Below, one piece after another: positions 39,001-54,000 of a DNA stretch of 64,000 nucleotides. The notes below the pieces were generated by a model, which had not been told where the DNA came from, searched no databases, and was given only the letters and a program-made list of their open reading frames with translations. The position numbers and the translations under genes are program-made. The stretch's first letter is position 1, and every line of letters starts with the position of its first letter. Where the stretch lies: the NCBI GenBank assembly GCA_002633005.1, contig NMRA01000250.1, forward strand, positions 211,112 through 275,111, written 5' to 3'. This stretch comes from Phoronis australis (taxonomy: Eukaryota; Animalia; Phoronida).

Positions 39001-42000
39001 AATGCCTGTAGCATTGGTCGCGGCCACGGCTGTTCCTTCCTGTGTTTGGCTAGACCTGGTAGCAGTCAGTTGGGTAACCGGACATGCAGGTGCCCAGACA
39101 GCTTGCAGAAACAGGTCAGTTCAGCGGGTAATGGTGATGAGATTTGTCACTGCTTCGACGCCAACAAACACATCGTAAATGGAACCTGTGTCTTTAAAAG
39201 TGAGTGGTTTATTAGTTTTGTTTAACGTAAACTTTGAATCGCGTAATTTAATAGCAAACCAGTTTTCTCCATCCACTATATTGGTTCTTGATGCACAATT
39301 TGGCTGGATTGTTTATTTGAAAGTAATGTCAGCAGCTCGTCTAGGCCTCTATTTTCGTACTGCCGTGCCATTGCTATTGAGTTGACAGAATATACTTTTG
39401 ATTCTGTTTAAACTTACATGAATGTAAACCTAACTGTACATTCCAGTAATGCGTCTTTTCTGTGTACATCTGCAAAATGGTATCCGGTTGTTGCAGGATT
39501 GTCAATCCTTGGCTACAGTCGGCTAAATTTACTTGTTCTATTGGCTGTCACTGGACTCTCGTTGACTGCGAGGAGCGAAACTGTCTATGTGTATGAGCAT
39601 TCAGGTTGTGAAATAGGAAAGTTAACGATTTTTCCTGTAGTTTAATGTGCTCCACACTTTTTTCTAGATTCATCCACAGTCCAGTGTAATCCCGGTCTGT
39701 TCAAGTGCGCCAACTCTGGCCGGTGTATTTCAGCCAACTGGAGGTGCGACCACGACAACGACTGTGGTGACTGGTCTGACGAGACTGACTGTGGTGAGCG
39801 AGAGTAACGAGAATCATAGGCATCGGGAAAAATGTTCCACATTTTTATACGCCCCATGAACACGCGTGTACTATAAACTTTTCACTTGTCTTTGTTATTG
39901 ACTCAAGATAGCGTCAAATTCGAATGCCGCTTTTGTGTTTTGTTATTCTTACTATTGTTGGTGTTATTATTATTTTAGTGTTATTATCATTGTTATTATC
40001 ATTATTATTAATATGATAGGACCCACTAATTGTCATATCCTCAGTTTCAACGCCAATTATGATTATGAATGTCAAATGCTACTATTGGGGATTTCTTTGG
40101 GGTGATTGTAACCAATCTTATAACTAGGTAATCACTCTAAGTGCAGATTCCCAGAGTAAGACTGGTAAGCGGGAAACTACCGATTTTTACCACCGGTGCC
40201 GAGAACCTTTTAAGCAAACAAAGTAAAGATAAATTATGTTGGTTTTTAGACAGAAAAGCAAAGGTTCACATGCTAACAAGCGAATGAGAATCGTGGTGAT
40301 TTTTAATTATGGCAATATCTAAGAATATGGCAATAAATCATGACATTATCAGTTTTATTCTGCCTGAAGTTAGTGGGAAATGATTCATTTTTTGATGTTT
40401 CATTACAATAACCGAGATATTCTATTATCCGGTATGACATTAAGTGGGCTCCATCGTATTGCTTTACTAGCAATCTAAACTTTGCGTTGAATTCCCTGAA
40501 CAGCTTTCCAGACGTGCAGTTCGCTTCAATTCAGGTGTCTCAACACGGGACGTTGTATCAGTAGGTCGTGGGTGTGTGATCATGACAACGACTGTGGTGA
40601 CGGTTCAGACGAGGCACATTGTCGTATGTATTGGGGGATAACTATTGGTTGCCTTTGTTGTACAATACAAGCCAAAAGTATTTGGACAAAATGACCAGTA
40701 ATTTTTTACCTTGATGGCTGGGCCTAAGTCAACTTCATCGTCGGTGTAATTTTCTCTCTTGACAAAGAATGAAAGGACTGGGAATTAAATGGAACACTAA
40801 CATGACTAAGCCATTCTGCAATTAGATTTTTGCTGCCTTAGCAGTTATTATCAGTAATTTTTGTTGTTAACAGAATAAGCCGTCATGACTGTAAACCGGT
40901 ATTTTGTCCGTTTACGTTTGTCTTGTATTGTAGGTCATTCATTGTAGTGATTTAGCGATTGTGTACTTAGCAATAACATAATGCCCTATTGTTAAAGCAT
41001 CCAGTCATGTGAGCCATTAAAGGCGATGGCAACCTTCTTTCATGTCTTTTTAGCAAAAATAAGGTTCGTTGGTTATCCCAGACATATTTTCCCCTTAATT
41101 ACAGCTTTTCGTAATTTGATTAATTATTCGTTCTCTACTCCGGAAGTGACTGGTCAGAAACAAATCTGCAACAGGCTGTCTTTCAGAAAAGTATTTTTTC
41201 CTTTTATGAGTTGAAACGAAACCGCCTGGTGTTGATAGTTGATTGAGAGTAGAGGTCCACACTGCTAGACCCTTGAGTCAGGTTCCTAGCTCCTCAGCTC
41301 GGTTTTTACTATATATATTAACAATCCACAAAACTGGTTCCAGGTGATCAGTGCATATGGGCCCACATGCACAGCCTACGCATGCTGGTACAAAGTGTAC
41401 TAGACCGTCCAAAATTACTTTTTTGTAGAGGTCATACAATTAGTAAAAGTTCTTGTTCGCTGTAATGACACAACTTTATCATCTTCTTGTTTGCCTGACT
41501 GATTGTTATTATTCTCTCGATACTTGTTTTCAACAAATTGCCACGAGATAGGAGAACTATGAAGAGACAGTGTCACTTTATTTGAAGGCAGCGCCTTTTA
41601 ATGTCTTTGTCATTGCAGCTCACACCTCGTGCCCAACTAACCAGTTCAAGTGTAATAACTCTCGATGTATTTCAAGTTCCTGGGTTTGTGACGGTGACAA
41701 CGACTGTCATGACTTCTCGGATGAATCAGATTGCCACAATACTAGTAAGTTGTTGTATTCTTTGGTGATTTGTAATGCTAGTTGTATGAGGTTATGTAGT
41801 ACCTTACTGACCAGTGTTCGTATTTAGCCAGTACAAAACTATAGATGCGGCCAAAAGATGGCGTGCTGATGGGACAGAATGTTTGCAACATATTTTCCAT
41901 GCCATATTGAGATTGTCATATTCGTAAATACATATTGACTCGGTATATTTTCTGAAAGTAGAAAGCCTGTAGAATTTGATTTTTGACTTTTCACCAATCT

Positions 42001-45000
42001 GCTGTTAGTTGGGTCACCTAACCGTGTCTTTTTAGTTAAAATTAGCAAAAAAGAAACTTTCGTTGATTATAAAACAACGGTGTCAATAACATGATCAACA
42101 TTTATTTCATATAATATTCTAGATGAGAACTCAATAACTCTGTTGTAGTTTTCTAAAATATCATTTTAGTTTTATGCAACAACAGAAGTCTTATTTTTCC
42201 TACTAAAGTGAAACATTTTAAAAACAATATAATTCCTAACAGCATTTTGGAAAACAGTGCATAAATCAGTATCTAAAAGTTAAGTGTGAATGCAAGCAAC
42301 TATTTCTGAAATATGATGTTCCGAAGTTGGCCGAACTTGGGCATTTTTCAAGGTCATGCATAACCTTAACCATAATAGTGATACCTGTCAATAAAATGGT
42401 GTTAGTAGTTTATTTTTTGTTATATAAAAACCCCCCGGCTCTTGTTTTCAATATTTTATTCAAATATTCAAAAATTATGGATATTGAGCTAGTAACTTGC
42501 AGTATTAGTGAGTTGCTATGCTAATAAGCAATGCTATTGAGTGGTAACAGTATTTACTAGGTTAATCTACTGTTAATTTTAATGACATTAATTATGGGTT
42601 AGGTATACAGCTTTGAACCAAGGCTAAAGTGAACCAGTCCTCAGTGAGTATAGACAAACGTAACAGCCATTACTAGACAATGACCTAACTTTGCCTCCTT
42701 TTCCTCCAGCCACTACTGCACCTATTCCTGGGACGTGCGGAGCGAGCCAGTTCCGTTGTAGGTTCACAGGCCGGTGCCTCCCGTACACCTGGCATTGTGA
42801 TGGTGAGGCCGACTGTCGTGACGGCTCGGATGAGATGAATTGTCACCACAATGTCACAACATGTGACACAAGCTACCAATTCAGGCTAGTGGCCCTACAC
42901 AGTACTAGTAAACATTTTGCTCTCAGCTTTTCGGTGGAGCTGCATGGTCCCCAATGTAATGCCAATTTGGTTTATTCCAGTCCTTGGAATATTCCTCTTT
43001 TGAGAGGATTTCCTCGTTTTTGGTTTTGATTTTCTCTTATTTGATTTCTTGTTTCCTCTTTTCATTATTTTGACTTCATTCATGCAAAAATGTTTATTTC
43101 AGTTAAATTTTACAACACAAAAGACATTTCTATCACACAAGCCTATGTATTTGTGAGACAATACATCACCTGGACAGTTTCTATGATAAGTCTATTTTTT
43201 GTCATTAGTCATTCCAAGTTCTATTATTCTTCTGAAACAAGATAATTTCGGACTGTTCACAGTTTTTGCCGTTTTCACACATGTACAAAATGTACGCTTA
43301 ACCTGCGTCCCGGAAAGTATGCTGAAATGTTGATGCTTTGAGGTAGGTCAGGATTTATTACATAATATACTGCATCTCTAAGTGTACATTATAAACAGAC
43401 ATGTTTGACAAAACTATAAAAATGTGCGTTCGTGTACATGGTTATTCATTACTATACTGCATTGTGTTTTTCACGCTTTTATCATTTTCGAAGAATTGGA
43501 ATTTTTACATCGATGTTGGCCCTTATGTGTTTTATTCTAATTGTCGCTGTCTGTGTTTGTGCAGCTGCTTTGGTCAACTAAACCCAGTTCACGTGGCTTT
43601 ATTTCATTAGCTGGAGTGCAATGTTCTTAACACATCCCGTGTCAAGATTTTTGACAAATTTGCAGTGCTAGATCGCATTTGCAGCCATTACAAAAGTGCC
43701 GGGATGTTCCCATTAAAGAATCATGGTGACACGAAAGATGCAGATTTTTTTGCATTTTTCACAACAACGAAAGTAATGAACAATTCCATTTAATTTTGCC
43801 TTCTGCCATCGCCATTATTAGGACATTCAAAGGCCTGCCCCCTCTCTCTCTAAAATATTTCTTTGCGGAAGTGTATCTTCATATTTTTGGCACCTTTTGC
43901 AGAAAGTCACCCTTTACTTACCATGTAGTTTATGTTCATATTGTTTGGTAATATGGTGAAGAAAGAGTTTCATTCTTGCCAGTTACCTGGTTACAGGTGC
44001 CGCAATGGCAGGTGCATCTACAAGTCGTGGGTGTGTGACGGTGAGGATGATTGCCATGACAACAGCGATGAGCAAGGCTGTACAACTGCGCGACCCTTTA
44101 CCACACAGACGCCCTCTCCTGTCTGCCTCTGGTTCCAGTTTTCGTGTGCCAACGGCGGCTGCGTCAGCTCGTCAGCAAAGTGTGACGGAATCAACGACTG
44201 CGGTGATTTCTCGGACGAGTATGACTGTTATGGTGCGTGAACATTCACTTTAACGCCCTTGTCAAATGGTGAATGCTTAACCGTACACAAAAGATTAAAG
44301 TGGAACTTTCAAGAATTCTGGTCTGGTCTGGGCTTATCCGAAATGGCCAGTTAACGTGAAAACCAGACATTATGATCCCCTTCGACAGTGAAATCGACTG
44401 AGCCGAAGTTCAAAAAACTTTTCACAAGATATCTTTCCTGGCTCATTGGCGACGTGCAAGTTTAGTAAACACCCTCTATACCCCTTAAAATTCTGAAACT
44501 AATCTAACGTTAAAAGGTTACTGAAGGTGCAAATTAGATTTAATTTAGCGTAAACTACCTCCGTCATCCGCATTTCATACTTTGCAGTTCGAACGATTCA
44601 AAAACATTGAGTTAAAACTATCGGCTAACTGTAACTGAAGTAGGAGCTGATGGATGGCTGGAGTTGAAGGTGTAGATTTCTTGAACAGAAATTATGTGGT
44701 TCAGGTTGTTTTAGTCTTGGCATGTGAAGTCCATGTGTTTGGGTGTGTGTTGTTTAATGTGTTTGAGTGTTTGTTGTTGTGCGTGTGTGGGAGGTGTGGA
44801 TGAGCAACATAAATTTAAATAAATTATGCTATTGATTGGCTCAGTTCTGAAGCTAAAAATGCGGATGAGTGTTGGAAGAAGGATGTCTATTGCTATGAAA
44901 ATATTAATGTACGGAATGATACTTGAACATAAAAATACATTGTGTGTAGAAAGTCATCTAAACTTAAAGCAGCCATCTTCAGTTGTTTGTTCATTACAGT

Positions 45001-48000
45001 TAATTACACCACTACAGCTCCCATGTGTGCTGGTTATCAGTTTCGGTGCAACAATGGCAACTGTGTTCCCCGCTATTACCGCTGTGACGGCCGCGTACAG
45101 TGCAGCGATGGGAGTGATGAGCGTAACTGCCCAGGTGAGTTGGTGTTGACTGTGACCGTTTTGTATTGTAATTTGCTGTTACAGCAGGACATTATTTTGG
45201 GTTTGGAGGATTAACTAGTCCCCATAGAATTTCTTTGGATGGTCATAAGTCATTGGTGTACTCCACACACAGTAATCCTTTTGAAATTGACATGGTGGTC
45301 AGTGAAAGCAGTTCTTTATGAATACTGCTCTTAGTCATACAATTGTCTGGGACTGTGTAAGTATACACAGCTTAGCAAAGGGTTTATGGTCCTGGCTGAG
45401 AAGATAATTGTGAACTATTGATTTTGAATAGGGAAGCCTAGAATGTCACTTGAATGGACATCCTTAATTGAAAATGTAATGGTTTTTGTATGTTAAACTG
45501 ATTTATTCTTGCATTTAATGTTAATTATGTGATTTTAGTGAAAGAGATCGCAAGTTGCATCATGTTACAAAAACAAAATCAATGATGTTTTGTAAAACTG
45601 TTGCATCATTTTTGACATGAACAGTCATATCCATTGAAATTTGGGCGTGTTGATTTGCAATGAATATAATTTTTTTCTATTTCTTTTGAATTTCGCTAAA
45701 TATACATGTCATGTGACCTAATTAATGATAGATTGGTATGGCTAAAATTCAAAGTCCAAAAACTTGCTGCTTTCAAAAAGATAAAATTTAATAAGTTAAT
45801 TTCTATAATTTTTAAAATATTTTTCAGGTATTTATTATCATTGATGACAAGTACAAAAACAAACAAATAAGTACATCCATTCATTCATGCATGCACACCT
45901 CAGGAGAGACCATTCTCGTATCTCGTATAAAGTAAACAACAGCTAAATGTCAGATACAAAATTTTTATAATGCAATTAATTTCCCAGCATTATAGCACTC
46001 ATAGATATATGTTACAAAATTTTCAAAATTAGGTATATTTTTGACATCTCTCCTCGTAAAATGTACTGTTTGACTAGTAAAAGCAAAGTTAAATAGAAAA
46101 TCGTGTCTCGTAAAGTTCAAGAATAAGACGTTTGTAAGAGAGACAGTTGGGAAGCCGAATGAGACACTTGAAGTATTTTTCTGAATTCCTTCCAAAATCT
46201 TGTGCAGGGCGACATATCCAAAATTTTGTAAATATTTGGCTTTTTTAGTTCATTAGACTTTTTGATAAGGTCCTACATAACCTTCAACTAAATAAAGCCG
46301 AGAAAATCATGCCAATTCACTTTTACACATAGTGTTCTATGACTGAATACTTCTTGCTCTGGTTGATAAGTTGAGCACCAGTCACTACCAGAAAGAGTTC
46401 TCTCTGCTGACAGTTGATAACAAACTCAGAACATTGTGTCATCCAAAAGCTGAAGTGAGCTCACAACATCGTGTTTGTGGACACGACAGTCTTTCAGGAA
46501 ACATTGGGAGCTGATCACGTGGGAACGGTGATTCATGTCACTGCCTAGCTGTATCAGGAGTTAATTTTTCTTTGCAGCGTGTGGCGTAGGGCTATAGTTT
46601 GATGTCATGAAAAGACCCCTTTACAGTCGGTATGTCATTAGACGGAACATGTTTTAAACAAAAGTTGTAAAGGGCCTCCTCTTTCTCTGAAGGCGGTTGG
46701 TATGCGGTCCCACGTGACCAGTCGCCACGTTGCATTTTGAAAGTCTCCAGTTGGCCGCTGAACTTGCACATTGAGAAATAGCTGCCATATTCAATATTTC
46801 CTATGACCAACGCACTTTTTAATTTCAGCAAGAACTTGTGACGGAAATCACTTCATGTGCAGTAACCATCGTTGTATACCACGGTCTTGGGTGTGTGATG
46901 GCGATAGAGATTGCGGCCACGGCGAGGATGAATCCGGATGTGGTTTTACAGGTACCTGGATGCGTGGCTCTACCTATTGGTGCATCACTAAATCTAGTTA
47001 GCGTTGCAACTCTCCTTTTTTGAGGAGTTGAGGTCATTGGGAAAGGAACTACCTCAATTCTTCTCAGAGTTGCTGCACTACCCTGATGTAGGAAAATGGA
47101 ATCTAGTTTAGGGAGGGTTACCACCAGTTATTGTTGAATTGGTGAATATTGCTTAACCACATGGTGTTTACGGTAGAAATTTGTCAGTTTAGGAAGCTTA
47201 GAAAATCACTTCCATGGTCACTTTTTGGGGGCAAGATAATTTTTGTGTTTTTAAGGTCATTAAGTACTATGCTTTAAGAATCTAAAAAGTTCCCAAGGTT
47301 TGACTTGGACGTTTTTGAGAAATTTGACCTCAAAAATCTCACTTTTTGCATAATTTGGCACAGAAAACCTGCCATCAAAAATCAACCAACACTAGACCCA
47401 AACTGAATGATAATTTGATTGGGTTTTGTTCATTTGAAGTTACTGGAAGGGAAAAGTGATAAATATTATGACATTAGTTGGAAAATTGCTCAAAAAAGAC
47501 TAGTAGAAAATTTTTAGCAGCGCCTCCTTTTGGACAGAAAATATATTGCTATATTCTGAACTACCAGATGAACTATACTAGTGTTAACCATCTGGAACTT
47601 GATAAAGACTTGATATCACAACCTACTCATGAACAACATACAGTTCCAACGTTTCTGTAATGAATTCTCTGCCATCACGTTCATTAATTGTCACAATTAA
47701 TTATCATTACCCACATTGCACTTCATAAGTCAACTCTCACTGGGAACCATACACCATTCAGTCCTGACAACCACGAACATGATAAATTGTAAATATTTTT
47801 CATTAGGCAACAAATTTAAAGTTTTTTTTAACAACATAGCACACACTTTTTATGTTTGTTCATCCACTCAATTGTTTTTATTCATCATTATTGTCATCAA
47901 AAGTTGTTTCTTGAGACACCGTGTTCATAATCTCGACACAACTTTGAACATGGCATGCCCGACTTCAAACAAGAGCACACTTTTGTACTACAACCTTTTC

Positions 48001-51000
48001 TTTTTACATTTGCAATTAACATTTTCCATGACATTTCTGAAGCTAAAGGCAGTCATCCAGTGGAAATTCAGACTACCCTACTACAAAAGTCACCCTACTG
48101 ACCAACTGGAGAGTGGAGATGGTGCACTGACATGCTGTTGCAAGGCTTGTTTGTGAATGGCACACTGGTAGTTTGCTGTGTTGGAATGTAACAGCAAACA
48201 ATCATGATTAGGAAGCAGAGATGATTCTATCACAGATTTCAACCTGAATATGTGGTAGCGTGCTTAGTTGATGAGTCGCCATACAGCTTGCATACAAACG
48301 GTTCAATGTCTTCCATGAGTTGACCAGGAAACACAAATTTTGAGTCCAACTTTAATGATAAAGACAAAGATCAAAAAATATCTCTGCAAGCCTGCACCCT
48401 ACCCGAAATAAAAAAGTTTTGACAACCTGAATACCGTTTCATCTAAATACCTTCTTACAGTAATCCTATTTAACGGAAATAGATAACCAAAATGCTCCTC
48501 AGTTTAGGACGCAGTCACTGGCCAAAATCTGAAATTTCATTTTGTCTAAGTGCTCGACAAAAATAAGCAGAGAAATGAGCATCATTACTAGCATTGATTG
48601 CACAGTGCAGTTGTCTTCAGACAATTTAAAACATAGAAACATTTTTATGATCCTTAACACTGTAGTTCAGCCTTTGAAAATAGAGGAATGGTCATGTTGG
48701 CAATAGTTTTTGTTTGAAATTGAAAAGCGTCTTTTTTACCGTAGAACTAAAATAATTGGAAGAGTAAAAAAATTTCCTACACTAAAAACTTTAACCTTCA
48801 AAATGTGAGATACTGAAATCTGTGCAACATTTGAATTTTCAAGATTAATGAATTACAGAACACAGGCAATATTTCCATTTTTATATTTCTCAAATTCCAA
48901 ACACTGCTCTTGGTTTTACATGAAAAGGATCTCAAAATAGGCCATTAGAAGTTCATAAAAAGCAGTGCTGATCACTCACATGTATGTAAAAACTACTGCC
49001 AGTACTTTTGAGATTGGGACGGCTATTACTACAAATTTATCAAGCAAAATATTTTTTCTGTGACCTAAGCTAAAGATTATTTACCATAAATGACACTTTT
49101 TCAAATTAAGAATACGCAGAACTACAAAGTAGAAATAATCGATTCCAACATTGGGCCCTCTCTCCGTGAGCGGTACCTTAAGAATTTGTCTCGTTTTCTA
49201 CTTTTTTTGGAATTTTTGTTTCTGTGAGGCGGACCATTTTACTTTTTTTACCAAATGGGGGGAGGGTCGTTCAAGCTCCAAGAGCACCCCCCGGGTGCGC
49301 GCATGACAAGAGCTCTGTTTTTTCACAAAAACTTTAAACTTATCAGCAATGATACTTCACTTGCACTCAATGTTGATACATTTGTTTGCAGTAGCCTTAG
49401 ACAAGGTAAATCTGAAACTTCCAGCTCAGAAATTTGAGCAGAACCCGAGACATGAATGCGGCAAGGGTCAGACATCTTGCCAGTCTATTGTGAAGTGACA
49501 CACTTTTTCAATAATTCATAGTTTCAGCAGAGTCCTAGCTGTCTCAAAACTGCTCTTTGCAAAACACAAAATGGTTCAGGCGTATGCCAAGAATTGTTTC
49601 TGTACTGATCTACAGTACTATGTCTATGATGACACTCGTGGCCACTTGACTTGTCTTTTCTCAATTCCTAACTGCTGCCTGTGGTTTTTAGCCTTGGCCC
49701 TTGGTAATTGCCTATTACTTGCACACTCATCCAAGAATTAAAACTATCCAATGTAGTTAGTAGCCATAGACAAGCTAGCTAAGCCAGCAGGATAACATCA
49801 GCTGACTGTCCTCTGATGAATGTTTTAATGTCAAGCAGACGACTTTTGAAGGGAAAGGTATGGACACAATATTTTCCTGGCATTTGATTGGCTGTTCTGA
49901 TCATTTGCACTGACACCTGGTTGCTAACATATTTGTTGAGGCTGTATTTTTTCCAACTTTTAAATTGAAATTCTTACTAAACGTGCAAGTGCATTCTTGG
50001 GAACTTTTTGGAAATTGACTTTTGAACATCTGTAGATGGGTTTAATGCAAAGTTCCCATTGCCCCCAGAAAGTAGCCACGGATAGGAAGTGAGAGATAGG
50101 AGAGCTGGGACTATGGCCTAGTTTGGGACACAGTATGGCGAACAGGTGAAATTTTATTTTGTCATTTTTGTCAACAAAAATAACATAGGAAAATTTCTTT
50201 GCCTTTGTTTTTGTGGTGTAGATATTACCAAATACAATGTGGTAATGTGTTGAGCCTTTGCAACAGTGTGACAAGACTCTGAAAAATAGAAATATAGCAA
50301 TTTTAGCAATTGCTGTTTCCCCAATATGAAGAATTTTTACTGTAAACTTGGGACTGAATTTCCTTATGGTACCCAAGTCCACGTTTTGTATTGGGCATGT
50401 GTATCACAGTTGTCTGGTTGAGAACTAATAGTGAAAAAGTGACTTTGCATTGTGCTCTATGGAGACCTGGCAAAGGTAACAGCACTTTACATTGTACTCT
50501 ATGGAGACCTGGCAAAAGTAACAGCAGGTAAATTCCAATGAATCAGAGCTCTCTTGATAATACTTTTGCCGTCAGTAAAATGAATACTATGGGATTGTTT
50601 GGACACAGAAACTTTCAGATTATTCATGAAATTAGCTTTTAACCATCGTATTTCAGCATCATTGGTTGGCTGATGATGTAGTGATTGGTGTTTGTTATAA
50701 CTGGCGATTGTATTGATATTAAAGGTTTGTTAAATGAAATAATAAGATTTGCATTTGGGCCTTGTGTGGACGTAGTGAATGTGACTGTCCTTGACAAAAT
50801 TTTCACCTTCAACATGGACGTCTTATAATGCATTCCTGAGGAAGAAAAAATGAGCTTGTGGCAATCCTGAGTGTGTTGGGAATGGTATATTCGGTTATTT
50901 GTTGACAATCCCGATGATATCTTTTGAAAAATGTTGGTTTTAATGACTCATTAGCAGTTGTACAGCTGAATAATGCCTTTTTCTATTTGTTGGATGGGAC

Positions 51001-54000
51001 GAACTACCCTTGACAAGAGCTGTAATAAAAGTAACAAAATACGTTGTGTTTTAGTGATTTTATATTTAATCACCAATTCTTATTGTTGTGTGTTGGAAAT
51101 TTGTTGAAAGCAAGGTTGGTGACTTATCAGATACGTTTAAAATACCATGCCATTTATGGAGTGGAATTTAGCTTCGACCACAGAGCGTTAGTCAGTGACT
51201 GGGGGGGGGGGGTTCCAGGCTTGATTATTCTCTTGGGTTGATGTCAGAAAATCCCTTTTTCTTGATCATGATATCTCTTTAGCAGGCTTTGCTCTCCCAT
51301 CCACTTATTTGGGAAACGCTTATGAATTGGTTTGTTTTTTATTTACCAAATTAAATAATCGAGGTGATGAACAAAAACTGTGGACACAGTCATGTATATA
51401 GACAGCAAACACGAGCATTTGCTGTAAATATTCCTTTTTTATTTCTAGTTTTGATAATTTTGTCCGTTTAACATGTCTCTTTTGAAAAGTTGAATCAGTA
51501 TTTTTGTCATGTCGTGTTTGTTTGTATTTCAGATGTGGCCACCTGTGGTCCCAACGACTACAGCTGCGCAATATCGGGAGGGTGTATCCCGCGCAGATGG
51601 CTGTGTGATGGAAAAGTCGACTGTGCAGACCGTTCAGATGAACAGGGCTGTATTACTAATACTGGTACGTTAATTCAGACTTGAACAGGGCTGTATTACT
51701 ACTACTGATAGGTTAATTCAGACTTGAACAGGGCTGTATTACTACTACTGGTAGGTTAATTCAGACTTGAACAGGGCTGTATTACTACTACTGGTAGGTT
51801 AATTCAGACTTGAACAGGGCTGTATTACTACTACTGGTAGGTTAATTCATACTTGAACAGGGCTGTATTACTACTACTGGTAGGTTAATTCAGACTTGGG
51901 GGAGTGGGTGTCACATAGAAAGCTTTTGCCAGGACGTGCAGCTGATACCATGCACTATGAGATTGGTGCTGTAGTTCTCTTTATTGCCACTAGATGGTAG
52001 TGTTTGCCTTTGATAAGGCAACAATCAAAGTACCGATTACAACTCGCATCTGAATTCTTCAGGTCCATAGAGATTAACAACATCTATCAAAAATGGGTTA
52101 AAGTTTGTGGCTCTTATTCAAGTCGCTATGAACCACATTCTGGTGTTGATAGGTACTCTCTTCACTGACATATTTGCGTTTCTTAACCCTTATCCTGCAC
52201 CAGGCGGGTGAGTCAACTTGGCTATAATCCTATACAGCACGATGGGTGCATTCAATCGACTATGATACGCTGGAGCTGCCAGCTGTAGGTGAGTGCACTC
52301 GCCCCGGGACACTTGTGGTTTTCATTCAGAAATTGTGAGAGCCCTGTGTGTTATTTGTGAACATGTGCACTCCACAGTTCACAGTTTTTCCACATTTCTC
52401 TGATTAAAACCATGTGGCTTTGATTACTAGGTTGGGAGATATTGGCAGTCTTATGTTAGTGTAGACATAAATTCATGTTGAATGAAGTCAGACATGGGAG
52501 GATGACTGTGGATCGGTTTATTTTCACTAAAGCTATGACAAACATGTACATAAAAATATGGGGAAAATCCATTAAATTCTGAACAACTTTCATGTTGAAT
52601 AAGAATTAAAATTATTTAAAATTCTGGTAGCCATACTGGTTTGGCAGCTGAAACCAGAGTTTTGAGACCTGTAATGGACCGTTTGAATTCCTTACAAGCT
52701 TTACATACATAAAGTAAAGCACTTTACATACATAAAGTAAAGCACTTTACATACATAAAGTAAAGCACTTTACATACATAAAGTAAAGCACTTTACATAC
52801 ATAAAGTAAAGCACTTTCGTTGTACACACAGCTATTTGCAACAACAGCTCAAACGCATTGGCACATATTCAGTGCACACGCAGTCACTGAATTAAACATT
52901 AGTTTGGCTGTAAAGCTGCCCTCTGTCACGAAAATCTGCCCTTGATTTAGGTCACTTACCGTTGTGAAATTGTCTCAAATTGGTAAAATCTAAAATGCCT
53001 TAATCACACTCAGCTACTTGAATGTCTTTGGAAAATTAGAGGCGATTTCAGAACTTTAGAAGAACCAACAATTACTGCTGGAGTCCTAGCTCTGCACGTT
53101 GGCTTGTCATGATGTGTCATTTAATATTCCAAGCATGGTCTTGAGGAGTAGTGACCTGTCAGTTCTTAGCGAACCCAGAAACCACTTCTCATGTGAGTAA
53201 GGGGCAAGTTGAGACCAATTTTATAGCCACAAGTGGCCTTAATTAAAAGTTGGCTTGCTGGCCAGAAGACGGTTTGTAGTCTCTATCAGGCAACGTAATT
53301 GTCAACTATGTTCGCTTGGGATTTCGCTGATCCTTTTTGATAATGAATTTCGAGAGTTGTCTTGTCATAATTTTGTGTTATTTTTGCATCTTTTGTAGTT
53401 TGGTATTGATTTGTAGCAAACTGACACCGGTGTTAGTGAGTTCTAGTACATGCTATGAAGACTTTCACAACACCCAGTCTGAAAATTACTTTCGGATTCA
53501 TTGGAAGCAGTTTTCAAACTGCGCTTCATGGCGCATTTGTAAAGGTGACATTACAGGTTTTCATAATTTTCTTAATTTCCGTTTCATTCATGTCTCAAAA
53601 AGTAATCACAATTTCTGTTTCCAATGTCACAATTCAATGTTTTGTACATTTTAGTGCAAACTGTTTTCTTGTGTCACCTTTTTATTTTTGTTGCTCATTA
53701 TGAACTCGTATCACTCACAAGGAATTGAAACATCCAGCACAGGTCCTCAAACTGTGGAAATGAACTCCACTTAACAGCCACGGTCTGTCGCAAAAACAAC
53801 CTGTCCTTCACAAGGCTAGTCTGAAAGCATTTCAATACAGACCGACTTTATACAGTAAGTGTCTTAAATCGAAAATTGTTTTTTGACCAAAGGCGCGAGT
53901 TTATTTCCGGCCTAATTCGGATTACGCACACATGGTTGAAGTGGCGGTGTTTTTCCGAATATTTGTTGGTGTAGCGATTAAGCAGTTTCTTGTCCATTTC

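Noticed and set aside
46565-46600. Extra SORL1 exon after strong acceptor tttctttgcag (CG TGT GGC)
   Set aside because: In-frame stop within a few codons and no convincing donor.
47251-49181. Kolobok-like element bounded by ttaaggt...accttaa
   Set aside because: Inverted match does not extend beyond about 7 nt; boundaries unsupported.
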